A stretch of 64,000 nt of DNA, from positions 1,242,847-1,306,846 of the forward strand of contig CBIHNF010000001.1 in assembly GCA_966211335.1 (NCBI GenBank). Direction: 5' to 3'. Positions within the stretch are counted from its first letter, which is position 1. Each line of letters opens with the position of its first letter. Positions 1 through 10,818 of this stretch are shown in pieces. The notes under the pieces are model-generated. The model saw nothing but the letters and a program-made list of their open reading frames with translations, did no database searches and had not been told where the DNA came from. The stretch comes from an uncultured Alphaproteobacteria bacterium. GTDB lineage: Bacteria; Pseudomonadota; Alphaproteobacteria; Micavibrionales; UBA2020. The position numbers were made by a program, and so were the translations under genes.

Positions 1-1143
1 GAGAATAAGGTTTTCGACGTTATCGGGCAGGGTGTAGGAAATAATGCTGATCACGTTGTCGATGCCTTCGCCCTGGTTTTCAACAATGGTGTCGCCGGTG
101 TTGTAAATGGTGAAGGTGTCGTTGCCAAGGCCGCCGTACATGATTTCCGTGCCATAGCCGGCGGAGATAATATCATCGCCGTCGCCGGCGAAAATGGTCG
201 TGGTGGCGCCGGAAGCGGTTGCATAGATGACGTCATTGCCGGCATCGCCATAGAGCGTATCCATGCCGCCGGTGCCGGCGTCCAGCGTGTCATCGCCCGC
301 GCCGCCGTGAATGATATTGGTGCCGCTGTTGCCGGTGATGGTGTTGGAGTCAGCATTGCCGGTGGCGTCGATATTCGCCGTGCCGGTCAGGATCACAATC
401 TCCACGTTGTCGGGCACCATGGAAATGCTGACGCTGGACTGCAGCGTATCATTGCCGCCGCCCGCATTTTCGAAAATCACGTCGCCCGCGCTGTCCATCA
501 CATAGACATCGTTGCCAAAGCCACCGATCATGGTGTCGTTGCCGATGCCCCCATTGAGGGTGTTGTTGCCGCCATTTCCGGTGAGGATATTGTCGAGCGC
601 GTTGCCGGTCGCGTTGAAGTTGCCGGTGCCGGTGAGGGTGAGGTTTTCAACGTTGGCGTAATTGGCGAGCGAGAAGGTGAGGGAGGCGAGAATGGTGTCA
701 TTGCCTTCGCCCGCATTCTCGGTAATCACGTCGGCTGCCGCCGCCATGATATAGGTGTCATCGCCCAGGCCGCCGATCAGCGTATCGGTGCCGCCGCCGC
801 CATCCAGCGTGTCATTGCCGCCTAGGCCGCTGAGGACGTTGGCGCTGGCGCTGCCCGTGAGGGCGTTATCAAGCGCGTTGCCGGTGCCGGCGACCGCGCC
901 GGAGGTGATGATCAAATTCTCGACGTTATCGGACAGCGTATAGGCGACCGTGGCGCGCACGGTATCTATGCCTTCGTTGAAATATTCGATGATGGTGTCG
1001 TTGACATTGTCGACGTAATAAACGTCGTTGCCCGTGCTGCCGTACATGGTATCCGCGCCGGCCCTGCCGTCCAGCGTGGAATTGCCGCTGCCGCCGGTCA
1101 GCGTATCGACCCCCGTCGTCCCTGTCTGCGTATCGTCACTCAT
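1..1143 (-). CDS. RTX / hemolysin-type Ca2+-binding repeat protein, N-terminal 381 codons; the gene continues past the left edge
   Basis: Reverse-strand ATG at 1143-1141. Hand translation: MSDDTQTGTTGVDTLTGGSGNSTLDGRAGADTMYGSTGNDVYYVDNVNDTIIEYFNEGIDTVRATVAYTLSDNVENLIITS... I checked every in-frame triplet from 1143 down to 1 and found no stop. Gly/Asp nonapeptide clusters (GGxGxD type) alternate with a D-x-V-x-E-x-x-x-E-G-x-D-T...N-V-E-N-L segment. It is missing from the ORF track only because it has no stop inside the window. Confidence 0.8.
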   Translation of the reverse strand, partial: MSDDTQTGTTGVDTLTGGSGNSTLDGRAGADTMYGSTGNDVYYVDNVNDTIIEYFNEGIDTVRATVAYTLSDNVENLIITSGAVAGTGNALDNALTGSASANVLSGLGGNDTLDGGGGTDTLIGGLGDDTYIMAAAADVITENAGEGNDTILASLTFSLANYANVENLTLTGTGNFNATGNALDNILTGNGGNNTLNGGIGNDTMIGGFGNDVYVMDSAGDVIFENAGGGNDTLQSSVSISMVPDNVEIVILTGTANIDATGNADSNTITGNSGTNIIHGGAGDDTLDAGTGGMDTLYGDAGNDVIYATASGATTTIFAGDGDDIISAGYGTEIMYGGLGNDTFTIYNTGDTIVENQGEGIDNVISIISYTLPDNVENLIL

Positions 1144-1269
1144 GTCTGCCCCCTGACGAGATTGGATAAATTGGATTTTCGGTACTATAGCTGCCTGACG
1201 AACAACGCCATGAACACCCGTTTGGTTCACCGCGGCGCGAAAAATTTTGAAAATCGTGTTTATTAAAAT

Positions 1270-1306
1270 AAAAGAACCCGCCTTTTTTAAGGGCGGGGTC
1301 TTTTTT
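1270..1306 (-). terminator. Rho-independent terminator downstream of the HD-GYP gene
   Basis: Stem CCCGCC (1277-1282) / GGCGGG (1292-1297). Read on the minus strand it is followed by TTCTTTTATTTT. A T-run also follows on the plus strand (1301-1306). Confidence 0.6.
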
Positions 1307-1393
1307 GATCACTTACACACACAGAATAATCTCTATATCGCGGCCGTTTGTCCGCTGATGCCTGACGGTACCATTGGAGGCGTAAATTTTACG

Positions 1394-2008
1394 TTAACCG
1401 CGGCCATAATATTCAGGGTCAAGGCGGTAGCGCTGCTTGGTGTATAAATCCATGCAGGCCTCGACGACGGAAGCATCAAATTTAATGGCGCTGGCGCGCA
1501 GCAGCTCATCGAGGGCTTCGTTCACTTCCATCGCTTTCCGCCAGGGGCGGTCGGAGGTCATCGATTCCATGACATCGGCGACGGCAATAATTTGCGATTC
1601 CATAAGAATTTCATTGCCGCGCAGGCCTTGCGGATAGCCCGAACCATCCAGCCGCTCGTGGTGCTGCAAAACCATCTTGGCGACGGGCCAGGGGAAGTCG
1701 ATACCGGCCAATATGTCATGCCCGTGCTGCGAATGCTGGCGCACGATGGCGAATTCTTCACCGGTCAGCCTGCCGGGCTTGGAAAGGATGCCGTGCGGGA
1801 CGCGCAGGAAACCGCAATCGTGCAACGTCGCCGCGATGCGGATGCCTTCTATCGTGTCTTCATCGACCCGCATGATCTGGGCGATGGTGCGGGCGATCTG
1901 GGAGGCGTTCTGTTGGTGGCCCTTGATATTGGCTTCGCGGAAGCCGACTTCATCCGCCAGCACGTTCAGGGCCTGGTGGAGCGCGTGGAATGTATCTGTA
2001 TCGGACAT
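1394..2008 (-). CDS. Stand-alone HD-GYP domain protein (putative c-di-GMP phosphodiesterase)
   Basis: 204 aa. HD motif (ATLHDCG) and HHERLDGSGYP motif are both present. There is no receiver or other sensor domain. Confidence 0.85.
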   Translation of the reverse strand: MSDTDTFHALHQALNVLADEVGFREANIKGHQQNASQIARTIAQIMRVDEDTIEGIRIAATLHDCGFLRVPHGILSKPGRLTGEEFAIVRQHSQHGHDILAGIDFPWPVAKMVLQHHERLDGSGYPQGLRGNEILMESQIIAVADVMESMTSDRPWRKAMEVNEALDELLRASAIKFDASVVEACMDLYTKQRYRLDPEYYGRG

Positions 2009-2084
2009 AGTTGCCGTTATCCTTCTGTCACCATTCTATTCAGCCATGAAAAACTTACTGAATGATTAACGATGTCAGGGACTA

Positions 2085-2103
2085 ACACGCGTTCAAAATG
2101 CCC
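2085..2103 (-). terminator. Rho-independent terminator after secA
   Basis: GCCCGC-AG-GCGGGC palindrome at 2090-2103. On the minus strand it is followed by ATTTT (plus-strand A-run 2085-2088). It lies about 30 nt downstream of the secA stop. Confidence 0.55.
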
Positions 2104-2132
2104 GCAGGCGGGCCTTTCGTGGAGTTTTCGCT

Positions 2133-4832
<2,700 letters not shown>

Positions 4833-5073
4833 CGGGTGTAAATCTCTTCTTTTTGGGGCTATTTCTGAACCAACTGACATATAAAGCAGATTGGCATGAA
4901 GTCAATCAACGGTTTTCCCCGAATACAGGGGGAAAAGCCTTGCTAAACCGGCTTATTCTGCCTTAAATGCAACTCGAAAACGCCAGCGGGAAGGCGGCGG
5001 GCCGGGCGGGGGCAGGCGCTATCCTTATGGAATGATGGAAAATACCGGTATTAAACTTTTAGGAGAATATGGA

Positions 5074-6012
5074 ATGTCACTTCGAGCCACTCTGTCCGGC
5101 TTTGCTGCCGTTGCGCTGGTCGCCCTTGCGGTCGTCTCGCAGCCCGTCCAGCCCGCCTTCGCCAATGACGATGCCGTCGTCGCGAAGGTCAATGGCGACA
5201 ACATCTACAAAAAAGACGTCCTCGCCGCCGTGCAGCAGCTGAAAGTGCCCGCCGCCGACGTCGACAAGGCCTTCCCCATGGTGCTCGACCAGGTCATCAA
5301 CGAAAAACTGATCGATGAATCCGCCGCCGGCATGAACATCGAGCAGACGGAAGACTACAAAACGCGCCTCGAGGCGCTGAAGGCCCAGCTGCAAAAGCAG
5401 ATGTACTTTGAAAAAATCCTCAAAGGCAAAGTGACCGATGCGACGGTGAAGGCCGAATACAACAAGTTCAAGGAAGCCAACAAAGGCAAGATTGAAGTGC
5501 ATGCCCGCCACATCCTCGTCCCCACGAAGGAAGAAGCCGACAAGGTGATCAAGGACCTCGACGGCGGCGCCAAGTTTGAAGACCTCGCTAGAGAGCGTTC
5601 CTCCGGCCCTGCCGCGCAAAAAGGCGGCGACCTCGGCGGCTTCATGGTGAAGGAAGAATTCATCGACCCCGCCATGGGCGAAGCCGTGATCAAGCTGAAG
5701 CCCGGCACCTATTCCAAAACACCGGTGAAGAGCCAGTTCGGCTGGCACGTCTTCAAGGTCGATGAAAAGCGCGAGCGCAAAGTGCCCGAGCTGACCGGCG
5801 ATGTTGATATGGCCATCCGCAACAAGCAGTCGCAGGAAGCGCTGCAGGAAGTGGTAAAGGGCCTGCGCGCCAAGGCGAAGATTGAAATGATGGACTCCAA
5901 CGGCAAAGCCGCCCCCAAAACCGGCGACGCCGCCAAAGAACTCGAAGAAAAAGAAGCCGCGAAGAAGGACGATAAATCCGACGACAAGGCGGATGACGGG
6001 AAGAAAGAGTAA
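5074..6012 (+). CDS. Parvulin-type peptidyl-prolyl cis-trans isomerase (PpiC/SurA-like), exported or membrane-anchored
   Basis: Parvulin core HARHILV...GGDLGGF...GWHVFKV. N-terminal hydrophobic signal/anchor FAAVALVALAVV. AGGAG at 5061-5065 lies 8 nt before the ATG at 5074. The track start at 5032 is probably over-extended. Confidence 0.85.
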   Translation: MSLRATLSGFAAVALVALAVVSQPVQPAFANDDAVVAKVNGDNIYKKDVLAAVQQLKVPAADVDKAFPMVLDQVINEKLIDESAAGMNIEQTEDYKTRLEALKAQLQKQMYFEKILKGKVTDATVKAEYNKFKEANKGKIEVHARHILVPTKEEADKVIKDLDGGAKFEDLARERSSGPAAQKGGDLGGFMVKEEFIDPAMGEAVIKLKPGTYSKTPVKSQFGWHVFKVDEKRERKVPELTGDVDMAIRNKQSQEALQEVVKGLRAKAKIEMMDSNGKAAPKTGDAAKELEEKEAAKKDDKSDDKADDGKKE

Positions 6013-6032
6013 TCTCTTTCTGATTATAAATT

Positions 6033-6065
6033 GAAAAGGGCGGCCTTAATGGCCGCCCTTTTTTT
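6033..6065 (+). terminator. Rho-independent terminator after the PPIase gene
   Basis: GGGCGGCC (6037-6044), loop TTAAT, GGCCGCCC (6050-6057), then an 8-T run. Confidence 0.85.
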
Positions 6066-6212
6066 TATGCCCAACTGTGCGCGCTTGGCGGTGATTAAAA
6101 TTAGAAATTAAGTCGTTGAGGGAAGGACGCTAATCTATTCACAGTATTAGAGACAGCTGCATTACCCTAGTGTGGGCGAATGAATTACTAGCAATGTGAG
6201 GCAACAAAAAAT

Positions 6213-6225
6213 CCTTTTTTTGCCC
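6213..6225. repeat. Left copy of a 13-bp perfect direct repeat CCTTTTTTTGCCC
   Basis: The identical 13-mer recurs at 7128-7140. About 20 of 23 positions match when the flanks are included. The pair brackets the low-GC segment. Confidence 0.7.
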
Positions 6226-6245
6226 GAACAGAAAATGCGACTAAG

Positions 6246-6917
6246 TTATAGTTCCGGCCGAGATTTTATTTCTTCGTAGATTTTTTGAAATTCCTCGCCG
6301 CGACTTAGTACTTCAGGATTTCTAGAAATTTTCGCGGCGGAAAAAGCGTGATCGCAAATCTTTATGAGGCAAGAGCGTGCAAGATTTTCACGCTTTTCCG
6401 GAGTTTTTATCATCGTCATGGAGACTTCAGAAACTGATTTTATTCTTAATAAGCTATCCCGGATCCTATATACCTCTATCCTCTCGTCGGCAGTCAAATG
6501 TGCAAGCGGGTCGTTAAACTGAAATTCCTCCGGAACTAGTAGAAGTCGATCGAGCAAGAATTTGCACTCAATTGGCTTTTTACCGGATGCTAATGCGGCT
6601 AGTTCGAAGACAGCAACTGAGAAGGCTTCGCAAGAATGCCGGAATTGCGACAGACGTGTTTGTGCTGCAAGGCGCTGCGCAAGATAGGGGGTAGTGAGTG
6701 CTGTCAGAGCCGCGCCCACCGCCATTACACCCGTCCAGAACGATTGGAACCGGTAAAAGATAGTGTCGTTACGGCCTAGATATTCTAGAACTCCATCAAA
6801 ATCGATAACAATAAATAGGACAAAGCTAAACGCGATTGCAAAACAAGCGTCCGTAAAAGCGTTTCGTATGCTGCTCATCTCTTTGCCCTCTCTCTTATGG
6901 AGAGTTAACGATGACAT
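6246..6917 (-). CDS. Hypothetical two-TM membrane protein (ORFan) in a low-GC insert
   Basis: 223-aa ORF. It has two hydrophobic helices (FAIAFSFVLFIVI, GVMAVGAALTALTT) followed by a helical soluble part of about 150 aa with no motif I recognise. An alternative start at 6878 (M14) has a GAGGG-type SD. Hand-counted G+C is 38-43% in three 60-nt lines. Confidence 0.6.
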   Translation of the reverse strand: MSSLTLHKREGKEMSSIRNAFTDACFAIAFSFVLFIVIDFDGVLEYLGRNDTIFYRFQSFWTGVMAVGAALTALTTPYLAQRLAAQTRLSQFRHSCEAFSVAVFELAALASGKKPIECKFLLDRLLLVPEEFQFNDPLAHLTADERIEVYRIRDSLLRIKSVSEVSMTMIKTPEKRENLARSCLIKICDHAFSAAKISRNPEVLSRGEEFQKIYEEIKSRPEL

Positions 6918-7127
6918 TTTGACTCTAAAATGTCGAGTTAAGTATTAATGAATTTGGGCGACACCGTCAGCAAATGATTCTTTAGCAACACATATAATGT
7001 ATGCTCCATTAATAGCGCATTAAATTCAAATCTATGTCTGAGAGAAAGACTACGCGGGAAAAAAGCGCGGACATGAAATGCCGCTATTACCGGCTGGCGC
7101 TATAGTCCGGAAGCGAAGGCCAGAAAG

Positions 7128-7140
7128 CCTTTTTTTGCCC
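7128..7140. repeat. Right copy of the 13-bp direct repeat CCTTTTTTTGCCC
   Basis: See 6213-6225. Confidence 0.7.
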
Positions 7141-7223
7141 CTGCAAGTATTGCAATCGCGGAGAGATAAGAGCGCAACGCAATCATCCGGCTGGATGATT
7201 GATTACTTTCATACCAATAGAGT

Positions 7224-8357
7224 TTACCCCCGCGGCAGCCGTATCGTAAAAGTCGTACCGTTTTTTTCCGTCGAGGTGACGGTGATTTTGCCGTCGTGGG
7301 CGGCGACGATTTCTTTGGTGATGTAGAGGCCGAGGCCGAGGTTGGTGGTTTCGCCGGTCATGTTCACCACATTGCCATCCGTCACGCGGACGAGGGAGTC
7401 GAAAATACTTTCCAGCTTGTCCTCGGGGATCAGGGGGCCGAGGTTCTGGACGGTGATGGTGATTTCTTTTTCCTCGCCCCTGATGCCGACATGGATCGGC
7501 TCGTTCTTGAAGCCGTATTGGATGGCATTGCCGAGCAGGTTGGAGAAGACCTGCGCGATGCGCGCCTTGTCCCACTGGCCTTCGGTGTTGCCGGTGACGG
7601 TCAGCTCGAAACTGCGGGTCGGGTGCATAGATCGCATTTCCTCCACCAGCTGGCGGCCGATAAAGCCGATGTCTGCGCTGGCCTTGATGACGGGCAGGCC
7701 GGAGCCGAGGCGCACGCTGGTGATATCGAGCAGGTGGGAAATAATCTCCTCGATGCGGCTGCCGCTTTCGGTGATCTGCTGCACCAGCGCCGTCTGCCGC
7801 TCCTTCAGGGGGCCGATGCGCGGGATGAGGTTGGCGGACATTAATATAGCGCCGAGCGGATTGCGGATATCGTGGCTGAGAATGCCGAGGAAGAGGTTGC
7901 GTGAAATATCGAGGTTCTTGGCGTAGTAGTGGATGGATTCAACCATCTGCTGGTCGATCGCCTCGTTGAAGCGGATGAGGTCGTTCACACCCTCGTTGTC
8001 GCTCTCGCGTTTCGAGACGCGCCAGAGCTTGATGACGCTGGCACGCAGCGCCCGATATTCCGACACCATCTGGTCGAGGTTGAAGCCGCCGGCAAGGCGC
8101 AGGACGGCATGGGTTTCGGCGGCGCTCGGCTCCCGCGCTATATTTTGCTTGCCCTCGCCGTGCGATTTATCCACCTGCTCGCCCTTGGTCTGCGCACTGC
8201 GCATATCCGTGACGGTGAAGGCGAGGATATCCTGAATATGGTTGCGCAGCGCCAGCGGCGTCATGCTGCCGAAGGCGGGGATCAGGCTGCGGGCGAAATT
8301 TTCCCACTCGTCAATAATGGCGGGCGAATTATTGTGGATGAAATTGGCTAATGACAC
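7224..8357 (-). CDS. Cytoplasmic orphan sensor histidine kinase
   Basis: H-box SHDIRNPL, N-box NLLGNAIQY, and G-boxes VQNLGPLI and GLGLYI. There is no TM segment. The N-terminal approx. 130 aa resemble an RsbRD-N-type sensor domain (assignment from memory). No response regulator is adjacent. Confidence 0.85.
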   Translation of the reverse strand: MSLANFIHNNSPAIIDEWENFARSLIPAFGSMTPLALRNHIQDILAFTVTDMRSAQTKGEQVDKSHGEGKQNIAREPSAAETHAVLRLAGGFNLDQMVSEYRALRASVIKLWRVSKRESDNEGVNDLIRFNEAIDQQMVESIHYYAKNLDISRNLFLGILSHDIRNPLGAILMSANLIPRIGPLKERQTALVQQITESGSRIEEIISHLLDITSVRLGSGLPVIKASADIGFIGRQLVEEMRSMHPTRSFELTVTGNTEGQWDKARIAQVFSNLLGNAIQYGFKNEPIHVGIRGEEKEITITVQNLGPLIPEDKLESIFDSLVRVTDGNVVNMTGETTNLGLGLYITKEIVAAHDGKITVTSTEKNGTTFTIRLPRG

Positions 8358-8899
8358 GATGTCTCCTGACGTCGGGATTGAAAAAGCAGCGATGAAAAAT
8401 GATTTTTATAAGACCAACGGGGGCGGGACTTTTTCCGGCCGGGTTGCGGTCGCCCCTTATACTTATCATGGTATGGCGCGGCGGGTGAGTCATATCGAAA
8501 CAATCGTCATGGCATTACCTGCCGTTACCGCCAAACGGCGGGACGCTCGTGCGCGCTTTGTTTACAATAGGAGGAGCGATATGTGTGTCGCCGGTTACCC
8601 CGGCGTCACAGTGATGTAGAAGGCTGCATGGATGGCAGACAGGAGCAGAATAGCGATAGGGCATGCACCCGCGGCTCTAGGTTTCGCCGCCTGGTTTTTG
8701 CGCCTATTTTGGCGGCGGAATTAACCGGTAAAGGCATGGCGGGACAGGGTAAAAAAGGCAGTTGAGAGCGATTCTCATTTACCGGCGGCGGAAAAAAATG
8801 GCGCAACAAAATTTCTGCCAGTCGACAGGAAATTTCGTAACGGCAGTCACGCGCTTTGGCGCGTTGACTGTTTCCGGAAATGCGGCTATTGAATCTGTC

Positions 8900-9532
8900 A
8901 TGAGCATTTTAAACATATTCAATCGCGCCGAAGGCACGCGCGAACTCGTGCTGGACACGGAGTCGACGGGCCTGTTCCTCTCCGACGGGCATCGCCTCGT
9001 GGAGGTTGCGCTTGTCGAGATGGTCAACAAGAAGCCGACCGGCCGCGAGTTCCATGTCACCATCAACCCCGACCGCGACATCCCGCTGGAGGTCGTGAAG
9101 ATCCATGGTATTTCGAACGAGAAGGTCAAGGACAAGCCGAAGTTTTCCGAAATCGCGAAAGAGCTGCGCGAGTTCATCGGCGACGATCAGGTCATCATCA
9201 CCTGCCGCACGACCAACGGCTACACGCTCGACATCGCGCTGCTGAACTTTGAAATGCAGAAAGCCGGCCAGAAGGAAATTCCGGAAACCCAGTGGACGAA
9301 CGTCCGCCGCTGGTCGGAAGCCATGTTCGGGGACAAGCAGGCGACGCTCGATAAAGTGCTGGATCGTTACTCCGTCAGCCGCAAGGAGCGGGATGATAAC
9401 GGCCACGGCGCGCTGCTGGATGCCCGCCTGCTGGCGGAAATCTATCCGCGCCTGTCGAAGGACTATGATGCGCATAAAGCCGCCACCGTCACGGCGGAAG
9501 CAAAAGCGCAGAACAAGCCGCCACAGCCCTGA
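8900..9532 (+). CDS. dnaQ: DNA polymerase III epsilon-like DEDDh 3'-5' exonuclease (DnaQ)
   Basis: Exo I LVLDTESTGL and Exo III HGALLDARLLAEIY. The start is uncertain: ATG 8900 gives the homolog-like N-terminus, with ATG 8798 or the track TTG 8762 as alternatives. The Exo II region is atypical (see findings). Confidence 0.75.
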   Translation: MSILNIFNRAEGTRELVLDTESTGLFLSDGHRLVEVALVEMVNKKPTGREFHVTINPDRDIPLEVVKIHGISNEKVKDKPKFSEIAKELREFIGDDQVIITCRTTNGYTLDIALLNFEMQKAGQKEIPETQWTNVRRWSEAMFGDKQATLDKVLDRYSVSRKERDDNGHGALLDARLLAEIYPRLSKDYDAHKAATVTAEAKAQNKPPQP

Positions 9533-9533
9533 T

Positions 9534-9977
9534 ATGTCGAATTGTTTTGATAACGCTCCGGACGCATCCCTCGCTCCGGTGAAGACTGTCTATGTCGTCG
9601 CCGTGGCGCTCGTCGACCGCGACGGCCGCGTCCTCCTCGCACAGCGCCCCGCCGGCAAAAAACTCGCCGGACTCTGGGAATTTCCGGGCGGCAAGGTGGA
9701 GCAGGGCGAACAACCGGAAGAAGCCTTGTGCCGCGAACTTCACGAGGAATTAGGCATAGATACCAAGTCATCCTGCCTAGCGCCCTTAACCTTTGCCTCC
9801 CACCGCTATGATGATTTCCACCTCTTCATGCCGGTTTTCGTTTGCCGTGTCTGGAAAGGTGTGGTGCAATCGAAAGAAGGGCAAGCCTTTGCATGGGTTT
9901 ACCCCAAAGACTTCGATAAATACCCGATGCCGCCCGCCGATATTCCGCTCATCCCCATCCTTCGCGAACTGCTTTAG
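9534..9977 (+). CDS. mutT: NUDIX hydrolase, MutT-like (8-oxo-dGTP diphosphatase family)
   Basis: Nudix box GLWEFPGGKVEQGEQPEEALCRELHEELGI. The ATG lies 1 nt after the dnaQ stop. The track ORF 9249-9977 is an upstream extension that overlaps dnaQ. Confidence 0.8.
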   Translation: MSNCFDNAPDASLAPVKTVYVVAVALVDRDGRVLLAQRPAGKKLAGLWEFPGGKVEQGEQPEEALCRELHEELGIDTKSSCLAPLTFASHRYDDFHLFMPVFVCRVWKGVVQSKEGQAFAWVYPKDFDKYPMPPADIPLIPILRELL

Positions 9978-9978
9978 A

Positions 9979-10731
9979 ATGTATTCAAAAGCCATTGATC
10001 TACGCGAGTTTTACGATTCTCTGCAGGGCCGCGTGGTGCAGCGCCTTCTGCGGCAGCATATCCGCGCCTTCTGGCCCGGCGTTGCGGGGCTCCGCGTCTT
10101 GGGGCTTGGCTATGCAGTGCCGTTTTTGAAACCCTTCCTCGGCGAGGCCGAGCGTGTCGCGGCGCTCATGCCCGGCCACCAGGGTGCCGTCTACTGGCCG
10201 GCGAGGGAGAAGGGCGATGAACGCGGCCTTGTCGCGATGTGCGAGGAAGACGAGCTGCCGATCGAAACCAATTCCATAGATCGCCTCCTCGTCGTGCATG
10301 GGCTCGAAGGTCTCGACAGTCTCGACGCCGTGTTACGTGAAAGCTGGCGCGTGCTGTCAGGGCAGGGGCGCATCCTGCTTCTGGTACCCAACCGCACCGG
10401 CGTCTGGGCGCGCGTTGACTCAACGCCCTTCGGCCATGGCACACCCTACTCATTAGGGCAAATCCGCCAGATTTTGAAAGACTATCAGTTCGTTCCCGAA
10501 AGGGACGAGCGCGCGCTCTTCGTGCCGCCCTCGACCTCCCGCCTGCTGCTCACCACGGCGGGGGCTTGGGAGAGCATCGGCTACCGCTTCTTCAACGCGT
10601 TCGGCGGCGTCAATCTGGTCGAGGCGACCAAGCAAGTCTACGCCGGCACCCTCGTCGGCGCCGCCACCGCCCAAACCGCCGCCGTGCGCCGGCGCATGGC
10701 GACCACGCCGCTGGGGCGTAATTGTAAATAG
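9979..10731 (+). CDS. Putative class I SAM-dependent methyltransferase-fold protein
   Basis: 250 aa. Contains LRVLGLGYA (a degenerate motif I), IDRLLVVHGLE and GRILLLVPN. The ATG lies 1 nt after the mutT stop. Confidence 0.5.
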   Translation: MYSKAIDLREFYDSLQGRVVQRLLRQHIRAFWPGVAGLRVLGLGYAVPFLKPFLGEAERVAALMPGHQGAVYWPAREKGDERGLVAMCEEDELPIETNSIDRLLVVHGLEGLDSLDAVLRESWRVLSGQGRILLLVPNRTGVWARVDSTPFGHGTPYSLGQIRQILKDYQFVPERDERALFVPPSTSRLLLTTAGAWESIGYRFFNAFGGVNLVEATKQVYAGTLVGAATAQTAAVRRRMATTPLGRNCK

Positions 10732-10818
10732 CTGTTTATGCGAATAGCGGGTTCTGCTTGCGCCGCCGCCCTTGCTCCCATAAAAATTGCTAAGCCGATT
10801 TTTAGAGGAGCCGTCGCC

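Noticed and set aside
7034-7105. A 23-codon basic mini-ORF (MSERKTTREKSADMKCRYYRLAL) inside the low-GC insert
   Set aside because: It has no SD, and I have no evidence of conservation. It is most likely chance in AT-rich DNA.
8762-10731. Track starts 8762 (dnaQ), 9249 (mutT) and 9793 (methyltransferase), which give long N-terminal extensions
   Set aside because: The 9249 and 9793 extensions overlap the preceding genes out of frame, and all three extensions lack homolog-like sequence. Internal ATGs placed 1 nt after the upstream stops give canonical N-termini for mutT and the methyltransferase. The dnaQ start remains uncertain (8900 versus 8798).
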